40,169 bases of DNA, taken from contig JBKJUA010000063.1 of assembly GCA_046590305.1 (NCBI GenBank), positions 1 through 40,169 on the forward strand, read 5' to 3'. Position 1 is the first letter of the stretch. Each line of letters begins with the position of its first letter. The stretch is from Bradyrhizobium sp. (GTDB lineage: Bacteria > Pseudomonadota > Alphaproteobacteria > Rhizobiales > Xanthobacteraceae). The notes beneath the pieces were generated by a model, which did not search any database, was not told where the DNA came from, and saw nothing but the letters and a program-made list of their open reading frames with translations. Positions 11,277-20,413 of the stretch are shown here, piece by piece. The position numbers and the translations under genes are program-made.

Positions 11277-12947
11277 TTGAGTAAGCGAGTGGTCCGGCTT
11301 GGTTTCATCATCGGTTTTATCGCGCTGATCGGGGTCCTGTTCTCTGGGCTCGCGGCTTATCGTGTCCACGATCAAGAACTGATGCTGGAGGGGATTGCGG
11401 TGGCGCGCGCGATCGACGTTCACGCCAGCCTGGTGCAGGACCGGCTGACCGAGCGCGAGCTGCTCGCTCGCGTTGCCGCCGGGCTGTTTCGCGCGCCCAG
11501 CGTGATCAAGGCAAATATGCTGCAGCCGCTGCGGTCCTCGATCTATGCCTTCAAGACCGATTTTGTCGTCGCCAGCTGGATCGCGCGGCTGCAGCCAGAC
11601 GAACTGCCTGAAGCACGCACGGAGCTCGCCGGCGCCGGATTCTCCAATCCGGCGATACGCGGGTTCGACGACAAGCCTCTGGATCCAAATGTGCTCGACA
11701 AGCCGATCGACGTGGTGATGGACGTCGAGCCCCGCAACGCGGAGACCCGGATTTTCCCGGGCCGTACCCTCGACCAGGATCCGGTGCTGGGGACGATGCT
11801 GGAGCGGGCGATGTCCGAGGGCAAGCCGGTAGCGTCCGATCCGTTGCGGCTGCTGCGCGCAGACGGGCCGATCGGCATCGTGCTGGCGGCGCCCGTGCTG
11901 CAGGAGGGCAATGCTGCGCCTGCGGGCTTCGTGACGTTTTCCTATGAGCTGGCGCCGCTGATGCTGGCGAATGACGATCTGTCGCTGTTCTCGGTGGTGC
12001 TGAAGGATCCGCGAAACGCTGACCAGGAGCTGATCGCCCTCAACCGCGACAACATCGCCTCGCGGGTGGTCGGATCGGAATCGGCAGCGCCCTCGATGGT
12101 CAGGAAAATCGGCTTCGGCGGCCGCGACTGGTCGCTCGCCTACTACGCCAAGACCAATGCGGTGGTGCGCGCGCAGCAGACCGCCGCGATCGTCGCCGCA
12201 ATCGGCCTCGCGCTGACTGGCATCGTCTGCGGGCTGTTCGGCTATGTCGCTAACAACAACCTGCGGCTCAGTCGCGAGATCCAGGTGCGGATCGGCTTCG
12301 AGCGGCGGCTAACCGCCGTGATCGACGAACTCAATCACCGCGTCAAGAACATCCTGGCGGTGATCCAGTCGATCGTGACGCGGACGCTGCGCCATGGCTC
12401 CGACGTCGACGTCGCCCGCGAACTGCTGATCGGCCGCATCCATGCCATGTCGAACGTGGTTTCGCTGCTGTCCGAAAGCCAGTGGCAGGGCGTGAAACTG
12501 AAGGGGCTGTTCGAGGCGCGCGCGATCCCCCATGCCGAGCGTATCGCGGTCTCCGGTCCCGATATCGCGGTCAGTGCGCGCGCCGCCCAGAGCCTGTCGC
12601 TGCTGTTCTTCGAACTGGCGTCGCATTCCGACGAGGGGCTTTCGCTGGTCGGCAAGCATCCCCACATCGTCGCGCATTGGGAAGTGACCGGCGAGGAGCC
12701 CGACGCCGTCTTCAATTTTCGCTGGGAGGAGTTCAACACCAGCGAGGCGACCCGCCGCGCCGACAGCGATTTCGGCCTGATCCTGCTCGACCGCGTCGCG
12801 CCGGAGGCGCTGGGCGGCGTCTCGAAACGGTTCTTCACCGATGTCAGCTACGTCTACGAACTCACCGCCCCAATGGAGACCGTCGTCGACATGACCGAGC
12901 GCGACCGCACCGAACAATTATCCGCGCCAGTCAAGCGCGGGCGGTAG
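11277..12947 (+). CDS. Membrane CHASE-domain HWE/HRxxN histidine-kinase-like protein with degenerate ATPase domain
   Basis: Two TM segments flanking a periplasmic domain; H-box ELNHRVKN intact; N-box reads ELASHS, G1 reads WEEFNTS, G2 reads SDFG. Confidence 0.85.
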   Translation: MSKRVVRLGFIIGFIALIGVLFSGLAAYRVHDQELMLEGIAVARAIDVHASLVQDRLTERELLARVAAGLFRAPSVIKANMLQPLRSSIYAFKTDFVVASWIARLQPDELPEARTELAGAGFSNPAIRGFDDKPLDPNVLDKPIDVVMDVEPRNAETRIFPGRTLDQDPVLGTMLERAMSEGKPVASDPLRLLRADGPIGIVLAAPVLQEGNAAPAGFVTFSYELAPLMLANDDLSLFSVVLKDPRNADQELIALNRDNIASRVVGSESAAPSMVRKIGFGGRDWSLAYYAKTNAVVRAQQTAAIVAAIGLALTGIVCGLFGYVANNNLRLSREIQVRIGFERRLTAVIDELNHRVKNILAVIQSIVTRTLRHGSDVDVARELLIGRIHAMSNVVSLLSESQWQGVKLKGLFEARAIPHAERIAVSGPDIAVSARAAQSLSLLFFELASHSDEGLSLVGKHPHIVAHWEVTGEEPDAVFNFRWEEFNTSEATRRADSDFGLILLDRVAPEALGGVSKRFFTDVSYVYELTAPMETVVDMTERDRTEQLSAPVKRGR

Positions 12948-12974
12948 GGTAGGGCGCGTCGCACGCCCCGCTAT

Positions 12975-13054
12975 CGTCATTGCGAGCGCAGCGAAGCAAT
13001 CCATTCTTTCCTTGCGCTGCGGCAATGGATTGCTTCGCTGCGCTCGCAATGACG
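12975..13054. repeat. REP-like element (CGTCATTGCGAG...CTCGCAATGACG family)
   Basis: Perfect 31-bp inverted repeat CGTCATTGCGAGCGCAGCGAAGCAATCCATT; siblings at 20324 and 37021. Confidence 0.92.
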
Positions 13055-13070
13055 GTCACCGGCCCTCGCC

Positions 13071-13101
13071 AAAAAAAGGCGGCCCCACCGGGCCGCCTTT
13101 T
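13071..13101. terminator. Bidirectional rho-independent terminator between converging genes
   Basis: AAAAAAAGGCGGCCC-cacc-GGGCCGCCTTTT. Confidence 0.85.
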
Positions 13102-13120
13102 CATTATCGTATGGAGCTGA

Positions 13121-13669
13121 TCAACCCCCGCTGCCGCCGATCACGGCGCGGACGGTGTCGTCGGGACCGAAATCGTCGGCGCCGTCGACATAGAGCAACG
13201 CACTCAGTTTCGAGCGCGCGCGGTTGACGCGGCTCTTGATGGTGCCGACCGCGCAGCCGCAGATGGCGGCGGCGTCTTCATAGGAGAAACCGGAGGCGCC
13301 GACCAGGATCAGTGCTTCGCGCTGGTCCTGCGGAAGCTTGTCGAGCGCCACGCGAAACTCCTCGAATTCCAGATGCGCGCTTTGCGCCGGCTGGGTTTTC
13401 AGGGTCTTGGCATAATTGCCGTCCGCGTCCTCCACCTCCCGCCGCCGCTTGCGGTAGTCGGAGCGGAACAAGTTGCGCAGGATCGTGAACAGCCAAGCCG
13501 GCAGGTTCGAGCCGGGCTGGAACGAGTCGATATTGGCGAGCGCGCGCAGCAGCGTCTCCTGCACAAGGTCGTCGGCGCGGTCACCATTGCCGCTGAGTGA
13601 GATCGCAAATGCGCGCAAGGACGGGACCGACGCAAGAATGTCGTCGCGAAGTGAATCTGTGAGAGGCAT
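13121..13669 (-). CDS. ecfG: ECF15 general-stress sigma factor EcfG (SigT/RpoE2 type)
   Basis: LRAFAISL, ADDLVQETLLRA, WLFTILRN, GTIKSRVNRAR; next to nepR and phyR. Confidence 0.95.
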   Translation of the reverse strand: MPLTDSLRDDILASVPSLRAFAISLSGNGDRADDLVQETLLRALANIDSFQPGSNLPAWLFTILRNLFRSDYRKRRREVEDADGNYAKTLKTQPAQSAHLEFEEFRVALDKLPQDQREALILVGASGFSYEDAAAICGCAVGTIKSRVNRARSKLSALLYVDGADDFGPDDTVRAVIGGSGG

Positions 13670-13884
13670 TAGTCCCTCCCGTCGTTTTTGGCGGGATCCC
13701 CGGTGGGTCCAGGCGCATCGAGCTTCTTGATCAGCTCGGCGAAGCGATCCGGCACGCCCTGCCGCACCACGTCGTCATACATCGCCCTGAGCTGGTGCCC
13801 GATTCTCGATTGAATCTCGGTGTTGAGCCGGCCCGGCTTTCCGGGAGCGGCCACCTTGCTGGCTTGAGACTTTACATCTTTCAT
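13669..13884 (-). CDS. nepR: Anti-sigma factor NepR
   Basis: IGHQLRAMYDDVVRQGVPDRFAELIKKL signature; stop overlaps the ecfG start. Confidence 0.93.
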   Translation of the reverse strand: MKDVKSQASKVAAPGKPGRLNTEIQSRIGHQLRAMYDDVVRQGVPDRFAELIKKLDAPGPTGDPAKNDGRD

Positions 13885-13974
13885 GACCTGTTCCACGCTT
13901 CCCCGAGAGTTAAGTCCCTGTAGTTTCAAGAATATCCTTGATTCCGAGGCCTTTGCTGTCGTTCTAACGGGGCT

Positions 13975-13999
13975 AATTCCAATTGCGCCGGAAAGTTCC
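13975..13999 (-). promoter_or_regulatory. Putative sigma-EcfG promoter of nepR-ecfG
   Basis: Minus strand GGAAC(13999-13995)-N16-AATT; autoregulation is established for this locus type. Confidence 0.65.
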
Positions 14000-14009
14000 C
14001 GGGAACAGG

Positions 14010-14034
14010 GGAACTTTTTGCAGGGTGGGACGTA
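14010..14034 (+). promoter_or_regulatory. Putative sigma-EcfG promoter of phyR
   Basis: GGAAC-N16-CGTA; a second candidate GGAAC(14049)-N15-GATT. Confidence 0.6.
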
Positions 14035-14102
14035 GTCTCGCACACAAGGGAACCGGGTCACCCCAACGGATTGGTTTGGCCCAAGCAGGATATGGAGTGG
14101 GG

Positions 14103-14903
14103 ATGTCGCGATCACAGCTTGTTGCTGAACATTTACCGTTATTGCGGCGCTATGCCCGTGCGCTAACGGGAAATCAGGCCTCCGGCGACGCCTATGTCGG
14201 CGCTATGCTGGAAGCCCTGCTGCAGGACCCGGCCCTGCTCGACGAACAGCACGGCCCGCGCGCCGGCCTGTTCCGGCTGTTCACGAAAATCTGGAATTCG
14301 GTTTCGCTCAACGACGATTCCGACATCGCGATCCTGCCGATGCCCTCGGAGCGGCGGCTATCGAACATTACGCCGCTGCCGCGGCAGGCCTTCCTGCTGC
14401 TGTCGCTGGAAGGTTTTTCCGAAGAGGAAGTGTCCTGGATTCTCGGCGTCGATGTTAGCGAGACCCGCAAGCTGGCGGATACCGCCGGCCGCGAAATGGC
14501 CGCCGAAATCGCCACCGACGTGCTGATCATCGAGGACGAGACCTTCATCGCGATGGATCTTGAGAGCCTGGTGAAAAATCTCGGTCACAATGTGATCGGC
14601 GTCGCCCGCACCCATGCCGACGCCATTGCCCTGGCCAAGAACAAGAAGCCCGGCCTGATCCTCGCCGACATCCAGCTCGCCGACGGCTCTTCCGGCCTCG
14701 ACGCCGTGAATGAGCTGCTGAAAGTGTTCGAGGTGCCGGTGGTGTTCATCACGGCCTATCCCGAACGCTTCCTGACCGGCGAGCGCCCCGAGCCGGCGTT
14801 CCTGATCTCCAAACCGTTCCAGCCCGCGATGGTCTCCGCCGTCGCCAGCCAGGCCCTGTTCTTCCAGCGCAACTCCCGCAACAGGGCGCCGCGGGTAGCG
14901 TAG
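14103..14903 (+). CDS. phyR: Anti-anti-sigma response regulator PhyR
   Basis: N-terminal sigma-like domain (LRRYARALTG) plus C-terminal receiver (IIEDE, LADIQLADGSSG, ITAYPERFLTGERPEP). Confidence 0.97.
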   Translation: MSRSQLVAEHLPLLRRYARALTGNQASGDAYVGAMLEALLQDPALLDEQHGPRAGLFRLFTKIWNSVSLNDDSDIAILPMPSERRLSNITPLPRQAFLLLSLEGFSEEEVSWILGVDVSETRKLADTAGREMAAEIATDVLIIEDETFIAMDLESLVKNLGHNVIGVARTHADAIALAKNKKPGLILADIQLADGSSGLDAVNELLKVFEVPVVFITAYPERFLTGERPEPAFLISKPFQPAMVSAVASQALFFQRNSRNRAPRVA

Positions 14904-14933
14904 AGCCGAGTGTGAAGCTGTTGGATTGAAATG

Positions 14934-14968
14934 AAATCGGCGCGCTGCGAGGCGCGCCGATTTTTTTG
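14934..14968 (+). terminator. Rho-independent terminator after phyR (possibly bidirectional)
   Basis: AAATCGGCGCGC-tgcgag-GCGCGCCGATTT followed by a T run. Confidence 0.85.
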
Positions 14969-14989
14969 GTCGAAAACCATCCCGCGACT

Positions 14990-16051
14990 CTAATCTTCTG
15001 AATTCAGCCGTCCTAACGGCGACGTCAGTTCGCACACCACGCCGCCCGGCCGGTAGAACGTCCGCACCTCGCCGCCGAAATCGTTCGGTAGCATTTTTTC
15101 GATCAGGCGCGAACCGAAGCCTTTTTTCTCGGGCTCGGTCACCACAGGGCCGCCGCTTTCGGTCCAGCTGAAGCTGAAGGTCTCGGTGCCGCCGACCGGC
15201 TGGTCGGACCACGCCACGGCGACGCTGCCGTTGCCTGACAGCGCGCCGTATTTGGTGGCGTTGGTCGCGAGTTCATGGATTGCGACGGCGAGCGCCAGCG
15301 CCTGTTTGGCGGTGAGATGCAGATCAGGGCCGCTGACGCTGATCTGGCGCTGACTGGTTCGATGCGCCGCCAGTGCGCCTTCCACGACGTTGCGGATCGG
15401 TGCGCTGGCCCAGCTCGATTGCGTCAGCATATCGTGGGCGCGGCTCAGGGTCATCAGACGCGCCGCAAACGCTTCGCGAGCATTGGTCACGCTGTCGCCC
15501 TGCATGGTCTGGTTTGCGATGGCGCCGACCATCGCCAGCGTATTCTTGATACGATGCTGCAGTTCGAGCGCCAGCACCGCCTGACGGTCGACGGCTTCTT
15601 TCAGTTCGGTGACCGCGCGCCATTCCTCGGTGATGTCGCGGGAGATCGAGAGCAGATGTGACGGCTTGCCGTCGGCGCCCATGATCGGGGAGACCTGCAC
15701 ATCCCAGTGCCGCGGGGTACCCTTGGCGGTATTGGCCGGGCCCTTGAAGCGCCCGATACCGCCGGCCTTGGCCGCTTCTACCGCACGCCTGGCTTCTGCG
15801 TTGCCGTCTCCAGCCCAGATGTCGGGCCACGGACAACCTTTCAGCGACCCGAAGTCGTCGACTTCCATCACCCGCTTGCCGCCTTCGCTCATGAATTGCA
15901 GGCGGCCGTCGAGGTCCAGGATCTTGATGCAGTCGCCACATCCGGCCAGCACGCTGCGCAACACGTCTTCATTGCCGGCCAAACCCTCGCCGGCGGCCGT
16001 CAATTCGGTGCGCAGGGGGGAGTTTGTCGGCGGTATTCGGGCCGAAGACAT
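14990..16051 (-). CDS. Cytoplasmic PAS-domain HWE histidine kinase
   Basis: PAS/PAC domain; ELQHRIKN, HELATNATKYGAL, WTESGGP, KGFGSRL all intact. Confidence 0.9.
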   Translation of the reverse strand: MSSARIPPTNSPLRTELTAAGEGLAGNEDVLRSVLAGCGDCIKILDLDGRLQFMSEGGKRVMEVDDFGSLKGCPWPDIWAGDGNAEARRAVEAAKAGGIGRFKGPANTAKGTPRHWDVQVSPIMGADGKPSHLLSISRDITEEWRAVTELKEAVDRQAVLALELQHRIKNTLAMVGAIANQTMQGDSVTNAREAFAARLMTLSRAHDMLTQSSWASAPIRNVVEGALAAHRTSQRQISVSGPDLHLTAKQALALAVAIHELATNATKYGALSGNGSVAVAWSDQPVGGTETFSFSWTESGGPVVTEPEKKGFGSRLIEKMLPNDFGGEVRTFYRPGGVVCELTSPLGRLNSED

Positions 16052-16154
16052 TGAAGCCAGTCCATGCTCAGGAGGGGGATCACAGCTAGACTAGCCGGCG
16101 AAACCGGGTTCTGGTCAATGGGTTTGCCGCGACGTCAGGCAGGTGTCGTCAGGC

Positions 16155-16196
16155 AAAAAGCAGGGCGCGACCGGCATCACCACAGTCGCGCCCTAC
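16155..16196 (-). terminator. Rho-independent terminator on the minus strand with no credible upstream CDS
   Basis: AGGGCGCGAC/GTCGCGCCCT 10-bp stem followed by GCTTTTT on the minus strand. Confidence 0.75.
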
Positions 16197-16278
16197 GTCA
16201 CCGGTCAATGGGGCAGGGGGGAAGACCGGCTGTTTGAATGACGCACATCCCCCAGGACTCGTTCCCGTGGTCTGAATT
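16155..16278 (-). ncRNA. Candidate small RNA with C-rich loop (GsrN-like architecture); 5' end approximate
   Basis: Minus-strand GGAAC motifs at 16329, 16311 and 16265; hairpin CCGGTC-TTCCCCCCTGCCCCATT-GACCGG; intrinsic terminator. Confidence 0.55.
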
Positions 16279-16281
16279 TTT

Positions 16282-16296
16282 TTAGCACACGGTTAA
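16282..16296. promoter_or_regulatory. Near-consensus CtrA box
   Basis: TTAG-N7-TTAA (minus strand TTAACCGTGTGCTAA), one mismatch to TTAA-N7-TTAA. Confidence 0.4.
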
Positions 16297-16377
16297 GTGA
16301 TGGCCGGTTCCCAGAACTCCCCGGGTTCCCTCGCGTTGTTGGCTGTGTTCGCCAATGGGGCGAGGGATCAAACCAAC

Positions 16378-16782
16378 ATGGCTCAGCTCTCAAAAGCAAT
16401 TTTTGGTGCATTTGCCATTTCTCTGACGCTCGGCGCGGCGCAGCTGGCGTCCGGCCACGATCTCAGCGTGAACCAACAGGCTCTCACCGACACCCCGGCG
16501 ACCACCATCAACCGTTCGGCCAAGACCGATCGTGCCGCCGGCGCCGCTGGATCCGCCGAGCAGACCCAGACTATCTCGCTTCGGCTGGAGAGCCTTTCCG
16601 ATACCACGGTGTTGGTCCGGATGCCGTTCGCCAAGAAGCCCGAGACGGCGGTTCCCAATGGCCCCGCTGTGCGCTCGCTGTTCAAGTCCAGCGACCGCAA
16701 GCCTCCGGTCGGCTGCGAACCCGTCTTCAGTGTGTTGAGCGAAGCCGCCAGACAACTGCAGCCGGGCCGTTGCGTGACGTGA
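16378..16782 (+). CDS. Exported hypothetical protein with C-terminal Cys pair
   Basis: Signal-peptide-like N-terminus; C-terminal GCEPVFSVL...PGRCVT; GAGGG upstream of ATG. Confidence 0.75.
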   Translation: MAQLSKAIFGAFAISLTLGAAQLASGHDLSVNQQALTDTPATTINRSAKTDRAAGAAGSAEQTQTISLRLESLSDTTVLVRMPFAKKPETAVPNGPAVRSLFKSSDRKPPVGCEPVFSVLSEAARQLQPGRCVT

Positions 16783-16828
16783 GTTGATGCGGCGTGGCGC
16801 TATCGCCAACCGCGCTACTGCTCTTAGA

Positions 16829-17530
16829 CTAGTCCTCGTTGTCCTGCTTCTTCCCGCCGCCGATGCCCTTCAGCTTGGCGAACACCGCGTCCACGTTGAG
16901 GTCGTCGCGCTGCTTCTCGCTGGGCTCGAATTCCGGCTCCTTGCGCGCGGTGGTTTCGGAGGCCGGCAGCAGGGTAGCGCCGCCATAGGAGGTATCGATC
17001 GGCTTTTCCTTGGCCGCGCGCTGCACCTCGAAATCGAGCTCGATCTGCGAGCACAGGCCGAGCGTTACGGGGTCCATCGGGGTCAACGTGGAGGCATTCC
17101 AGTGGGTACGGTCGCGCACGCTGGCGATCGTGGTCTTGGTGGTGCCGACCAGACGCATGATCTGGGCGTCCTTCAATTCAGCGTGATTGCGCACCAGCCA
17201 CAGGATCGCGCTCGGCCGCTCGTGACGGCGCGACACCGGCGTATAGCGCGGGCCCTTCTTCTTGGCTTGCGGCGGCAGCGTTACCCTGCTCTCGCCGAGC
17301 TTGAGCCGGTAATTCGGGTCTTTTTCGCCTTTTTCGATCTCGTCGCGGCTCAATTGGCCGGTCGAAATCGGGTCCATGCCCTTGATGCCTTGGGCGGCGT
17401 CGCCGTCGGCGATGGCGCGGACCTCGAGCGGGTGCATTTTGGTGAAATCGGCCACCTGGTCGAAGGTCAGCGCAGTATTATCAACCAGCCATACGGCAGT
17501 CGCTTTTGGCATCAGCGGTGCATTGCTCAT
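16829..17530 (-). CDS. trcR: DUF1013 protein (TrcR-like RNA-polymerase-associated regulator)
   Basis: PLMPKATAVWLVDNTALTFDQVADF, RYTPVSRR, DPVTLGLCSQ; GGAGA RBS. Confidence 0.88.
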   Translation of the reverse strand: MSNAPLMPKATAVWLVDNTALTFDQVADFTKMHPLEVRAIADGDAAQGIKGMDPISTGQLSRDEIEKGEKDPNYRLKLGESRVTLPPQAKKKGPRYTPVSRRHERPSAILWLVRNHAELKDAQIMRLVGTTKTTIASVRDRTHWNASTLTPMDPVTLGLCSQIELDFEVQRAAKEKPIDTSYGGATLLPASETTARKEPEFEPSEKQRDDLNVDAVFAKLKGIGGGKKQDNED

Positions 17531-17765
17531 GGCAAATCTCCTTAGCGCTTCGCCCACCCTTTTTGGAGGCGAAGCCAGTGGTCATCAGCGATGACGGGAA
17601 TTACGCCCTATATAAGCCGTCCGGGGCTATCCACGCAATGGTTTGCTGACCGGCCTTGACAGCGCCCAAAAGCCGTCCCAAGTCCTCTTTAGCCAAAAGT
17701 CCCTTAAAAAAATTGACCGTTCCCTGCCCGGCAGCGAGGGGTTAGCCGGTCCGAGATTTGTCCCC

Positions 17766-18728
17766 ATGCAGGCCAAACCACCCCTTAGAATCGTGCTTTG
17801 TTCGCCCCGCGGCTTCTGTGCCGGCGTGGTACGGGCGATCGATACCGTGGAACGGGCGCTGACCATCCATGGCGCCCCGGTTTATGTCCGCCACGAGATC
17901 GTTCACAACCGCTATGTGGTCGACAGCCTGCGTGCCAAGGGTGCGATTTTCGTCGAGGAACTGGCCGAAATCCCCGACAATACCAACGCGCCGGTGGTGT
18001 TTTCCGCCCACGGGGTGCCCAAATCGGTGCCCGCGGACGCCCGCGCCCGCAATTTCTTCTCGCTCGACGCCACCTGCCCGCTGGTCACCAAGGTGCACCG
18101 GGAGGCCGCGATCCATTTCAAGCGCGGCCGCGAAATCCTGTTGATCGGACATTCCCACCACCCCGAAGTGGTCGGCACGCTCGGCCAGTTGCCGGTCGGC
18201 GCGGTGACGCTGATCGAGACCGCGGAAGACGCCAAGACCCACACGCCGAAGGATCCCAACAATCTGGCCTTCGTGACGCAGACGACGCTGTCGATCGACG
18301 ACACCGCCGAGATCGTCGCGCTCTTGAAGGAACGGTTTCCGAACATCTCCGGCCCGCACAAGGAAGACATCTGCTACGCCACCACCAACCGCCAACTCGC
18401 GGTCAAGAAGGTGGCGCCGGTGGTCGACGCCCTGATCGTGGTCGGCGCGCCGAATTCGTCCAACTCGCAGCGACTGCGTGAAGTCGCCGAGCGCGAAGGC
18501 TGCCCGGTCTCGGTGCTGGCGCAGCGCGCCAGCGATATCGACTGGAAAATGTTCGAGGGTATCAAGAGCCTCGGCATCACCGCGGGCGCCTCGGCGCCGG
18601 AAGTGATCGTCGAGGAGATCATGGGCGCCTTCGCCGAGCGCTACGAACTGCATGTGGAGACGGTCTCGGCCGCGGAAGAGAACGAGTTCTTCCCGCTACC
18701 GCGTTCGCTGCGGCCCGACGCAGCGTAG
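17766..18728 (+). CDS. ispH: 4-hydroxy-3-methylbut-2-enyl diphosphate reductase
   Basis: [42 protein letters not shown]. Confidence 0.98.
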   Translation: MQAKPPLRIVLCSPRGFCAGVVRAIDTVERALTIHGAPVYVRHEIVHNRYVVDSLRAKGAIFVEELAEIPDNTNAPVVFSAHGVPKSVPADARARNFFSLDATCPLVTKVHREAAIHFKRGREILLIGHSHHPEVVGTLGQLPVGAVTLIETAEDAKTHTPKDPNNLAFVTQTTLSIDDTAEIVALLKERFPNISGPHKEDICYATTNRQLAVKKVAPVVDALIVVGAPNSSNSQRLREVAEREGCPVSVLAQRASDIDWKMFEGIKSLGITAGASAPEVIVEEIMGAFAERYELHVETVSAAEENEFFPLPRSLRPDAA

Positions 18729-18734
18729 ACGACC

Positions 18735-19718
18735 ATGGCGGTTTATACCGACGTCGCCGCCGACGAGCTTGCGGAATTCCTCGGGGCTTACGACATCGGC
18801 GAACTTCTGTCATACAAGGGCATCGCCGAGGGCGTCGAAAATTCCAATTTCCTGCTGCACACCACGTCAGGTTATTTCATCCTGACGCTGTATGAAAAGC
18901 GCGTCGCCAGGAGCGAACTGCCGTTCTTTCTCGGCCTGATGACCCATTTGGCCAGCCGCGGCATCATCTGCCCGGAGCCGCTCAGGAACAAAAGCGGCGA
19001 CGCACTGAGCTCGTTGTCAGGCCGGCCCGCGGTCATCATCAATTTTCTCGAAGGCATCTGGCCTCGAAAACCCAATGCCGCGCATTGCGCCGGCGTCGGC
19101 GAGGCGCTGGCGAAGATGCATCTGGCCGGGCGCGATTTCGCCATGACCCGCGCCAACGCGCTGTCGGTATCGGGCTGGCGTCCGCTGTTCGAGCAGGCCG
19201 CCGCGCGCGCCGACGAGGTGCAGCACGGTTTGCGCGATTTTCTCCGCGCCGAGCTCGATTATCTCGAGGCCGGTATCTGGCCGAATGATCTGCCGCAGGG
19301 CGTGATCCATGCCGACCTGTTTCCGGACAACGTATTCTTTCTGGGCGAGAAGGTGTCCGGCCTGATCGACTTCACTTTCGCTTGCAATGACATGCTGGCC
19401 TACGACGTCGCGATCTGTCTCAACGCCTGGTGCTTCGAGAGCGATAATTCGTTCAACGTCACCAAGGCGCGGGCGTTTCTCGGCGCCTATGGCCGCGAGC
19501 GCGCATTGAGCGAAGCCGAACAGAATGCGCTGCCACTGCTGGCGCGCGGGTCCGCCCTGCGCTTTCTGCTGACGAGGCTGGTCGATTTTCTCAATGTTCC
19601 CCAGGGCGCGCTGGTGCGGCCCAAGGATCCCCTGGAATATGTCCGCAAGCTGCGTTTCCAGCAGAGCGTCGCCGGCATTCGCGATTACGGCGTCGAAATC
19701 CCGGGGCTGCCGGCGTGA
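18735..19718 (+). CDS. thrB: Homoserine kinase (type II)
   Basis: [39 protein letters not shown]; ispH-thrB-rnhA gene order. Confidence 0.96.
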   Translation: MAVYTDVAADELAEFLGAYDIGELLSYKGIAEGVENSNFLLHTTSGYFILTLYEKRVARSELPFFLGLMTHLASRGIICPEPLRNKSGDALSSLSGRPAVIINFLEGIWPRKPNAAHCAGVGEALAKMHLAGRDFAMTRANALSVSGWRPLFEQAAARADEVQHGLRDFLRAELDYLEAGIWPNDLPQGVIHADLFPDNVFFLGEKVSGLIDFTFACNDMLAYDVAICLNAWCFESDNSFNVTKARAFLGAYGRERALSEAEQNALPLLARGSALRFLLTRLVDFLNVPQGALVRPKDPLEYVRKLRFQQSVAGIRDYGVEIPGLPA

Positions 19719-20167
19719 ACTCGCTGCCCGCGGTCACCATTCACACCGACGGCGCCTGCTCGGGCAATCCGGGCCCGGGCGGCTGGGGCGCGATCCTGAA
19801 ATTCGGCGAGGTCGAAAAGAAATTGAAGGGCGGCGAGGCGCACACCACCAACAACCGCATGGAGTTGATGGCGGCGATCTCGGCGCTGGAAACCCTGAAG
19901 AAGCCGTGCAGCGTCGATCTCTACACCGACAGCCAGTATGTCCGTCAGGGCATCACCGGCTGGATCCACGGCTGGAAAAAGAACGGCTGGCGCACCTCGG
20001 ACAAGAAGCCGGTCAAGAACGTCGACCTCTGGCAGAGGCTCGACGCCTCGCTGCATCAGCACCAGGTGCGCTGGCACTGGGTCAAGGGCCACGCCGGCCA
20101 TGACGAAAACGAACGCGCCGATCAGTTGGCGCGCGAGGGCGTCGCGATGGGACGGCTGAAGAAGTAG
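19715..20167 (+). CDS. rnhA: Ribonuclease HI
   Basis: [40 protein letters not shown]. Confidence 0.98.
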   Translation: MNSLPAVTIHTDGACSGNPGPGGWGAILKFGEVEKKLKGGEAHTTNNRMELMAAISALETLKKPCSVDLYTDSQYVRQGITGWIHGWKKNGWRTSDKKPVKNVDLWQRLDASLHQHQVRWHWVKGHAGHDENERADQLAREGVAMGRLKK

Positions 20168-20191
20168 GCTGTTCGCTATCGACACCCAAAA

Positions 20192-20297
20192 CTGTCGTCA
20201 CCCGCGAAGGCGGGTGACCCAGCATTCCAGAGGCGTTTGAGATTTACCGAAAGGCCGCGGCGTACTGGGTCGCCCGGTCAAAGCCGGGCGATGACAG
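20192..20297. repeat. REP-like element (CTGTC..C..GCG...ACCCAG / CTGGGT...CGATGACAG family)
   Basis: Two internal hairpins (GTCACCCGC/GCGGGTGAC; CGCCCGG/CCGGGCG) and complementary termini. Confidence 0.8.
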
Positions 20298-20323
20298 ATG
20301 TTGGTGTGGCACGCCATCTCGGC

Positions 20324-20412
20324 CGTCATTGCGAGCGAAGCGAAGCAATCCAGCTTTGCCACAGCAGGCAAGAAAGCTGGATTGCTTCGTCGTTACGCTC
20401 CTCGCAATAACG
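20324..20412. repeat. REP-like element (CGTCATTGCGAG family), tandem with the previous element
   Basis: CGTCATTGCGAGCGAAGCGAAGCAATCCAGCTTT...AAAGCTGGATTGCTTCG...CTCGCAATAACG. Confidence 0.88.
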
Positions 20413-20413
20413 T

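Noticed and set aside
12975-13054. Recurring palindromes as a possible CRISPR array
   Set aside because: Copies are dispersed, not regularly spaced with unique spacers, and there are no cas genes
13885-14115. Long N-terminal extensions of NepR and PhyR in the ORF track
   Set aside because: They run through the divergent promoter region; the downstream ATGs (13884, 14103) give family-typical proteins
14990-16051. PAS-HWE kinase as a LovK photoreceptor
   Set aside because: No GxNCRFLQ LOV motif in the PAS domain
16205-16411. 68-aa minus-strand ORF over the candidate sRNA
   Set aside because: Overlaps the start of the divergent gene, has no evident RBS and has atypical composition; the RNA structure explains the region better, though it is not formally excluded
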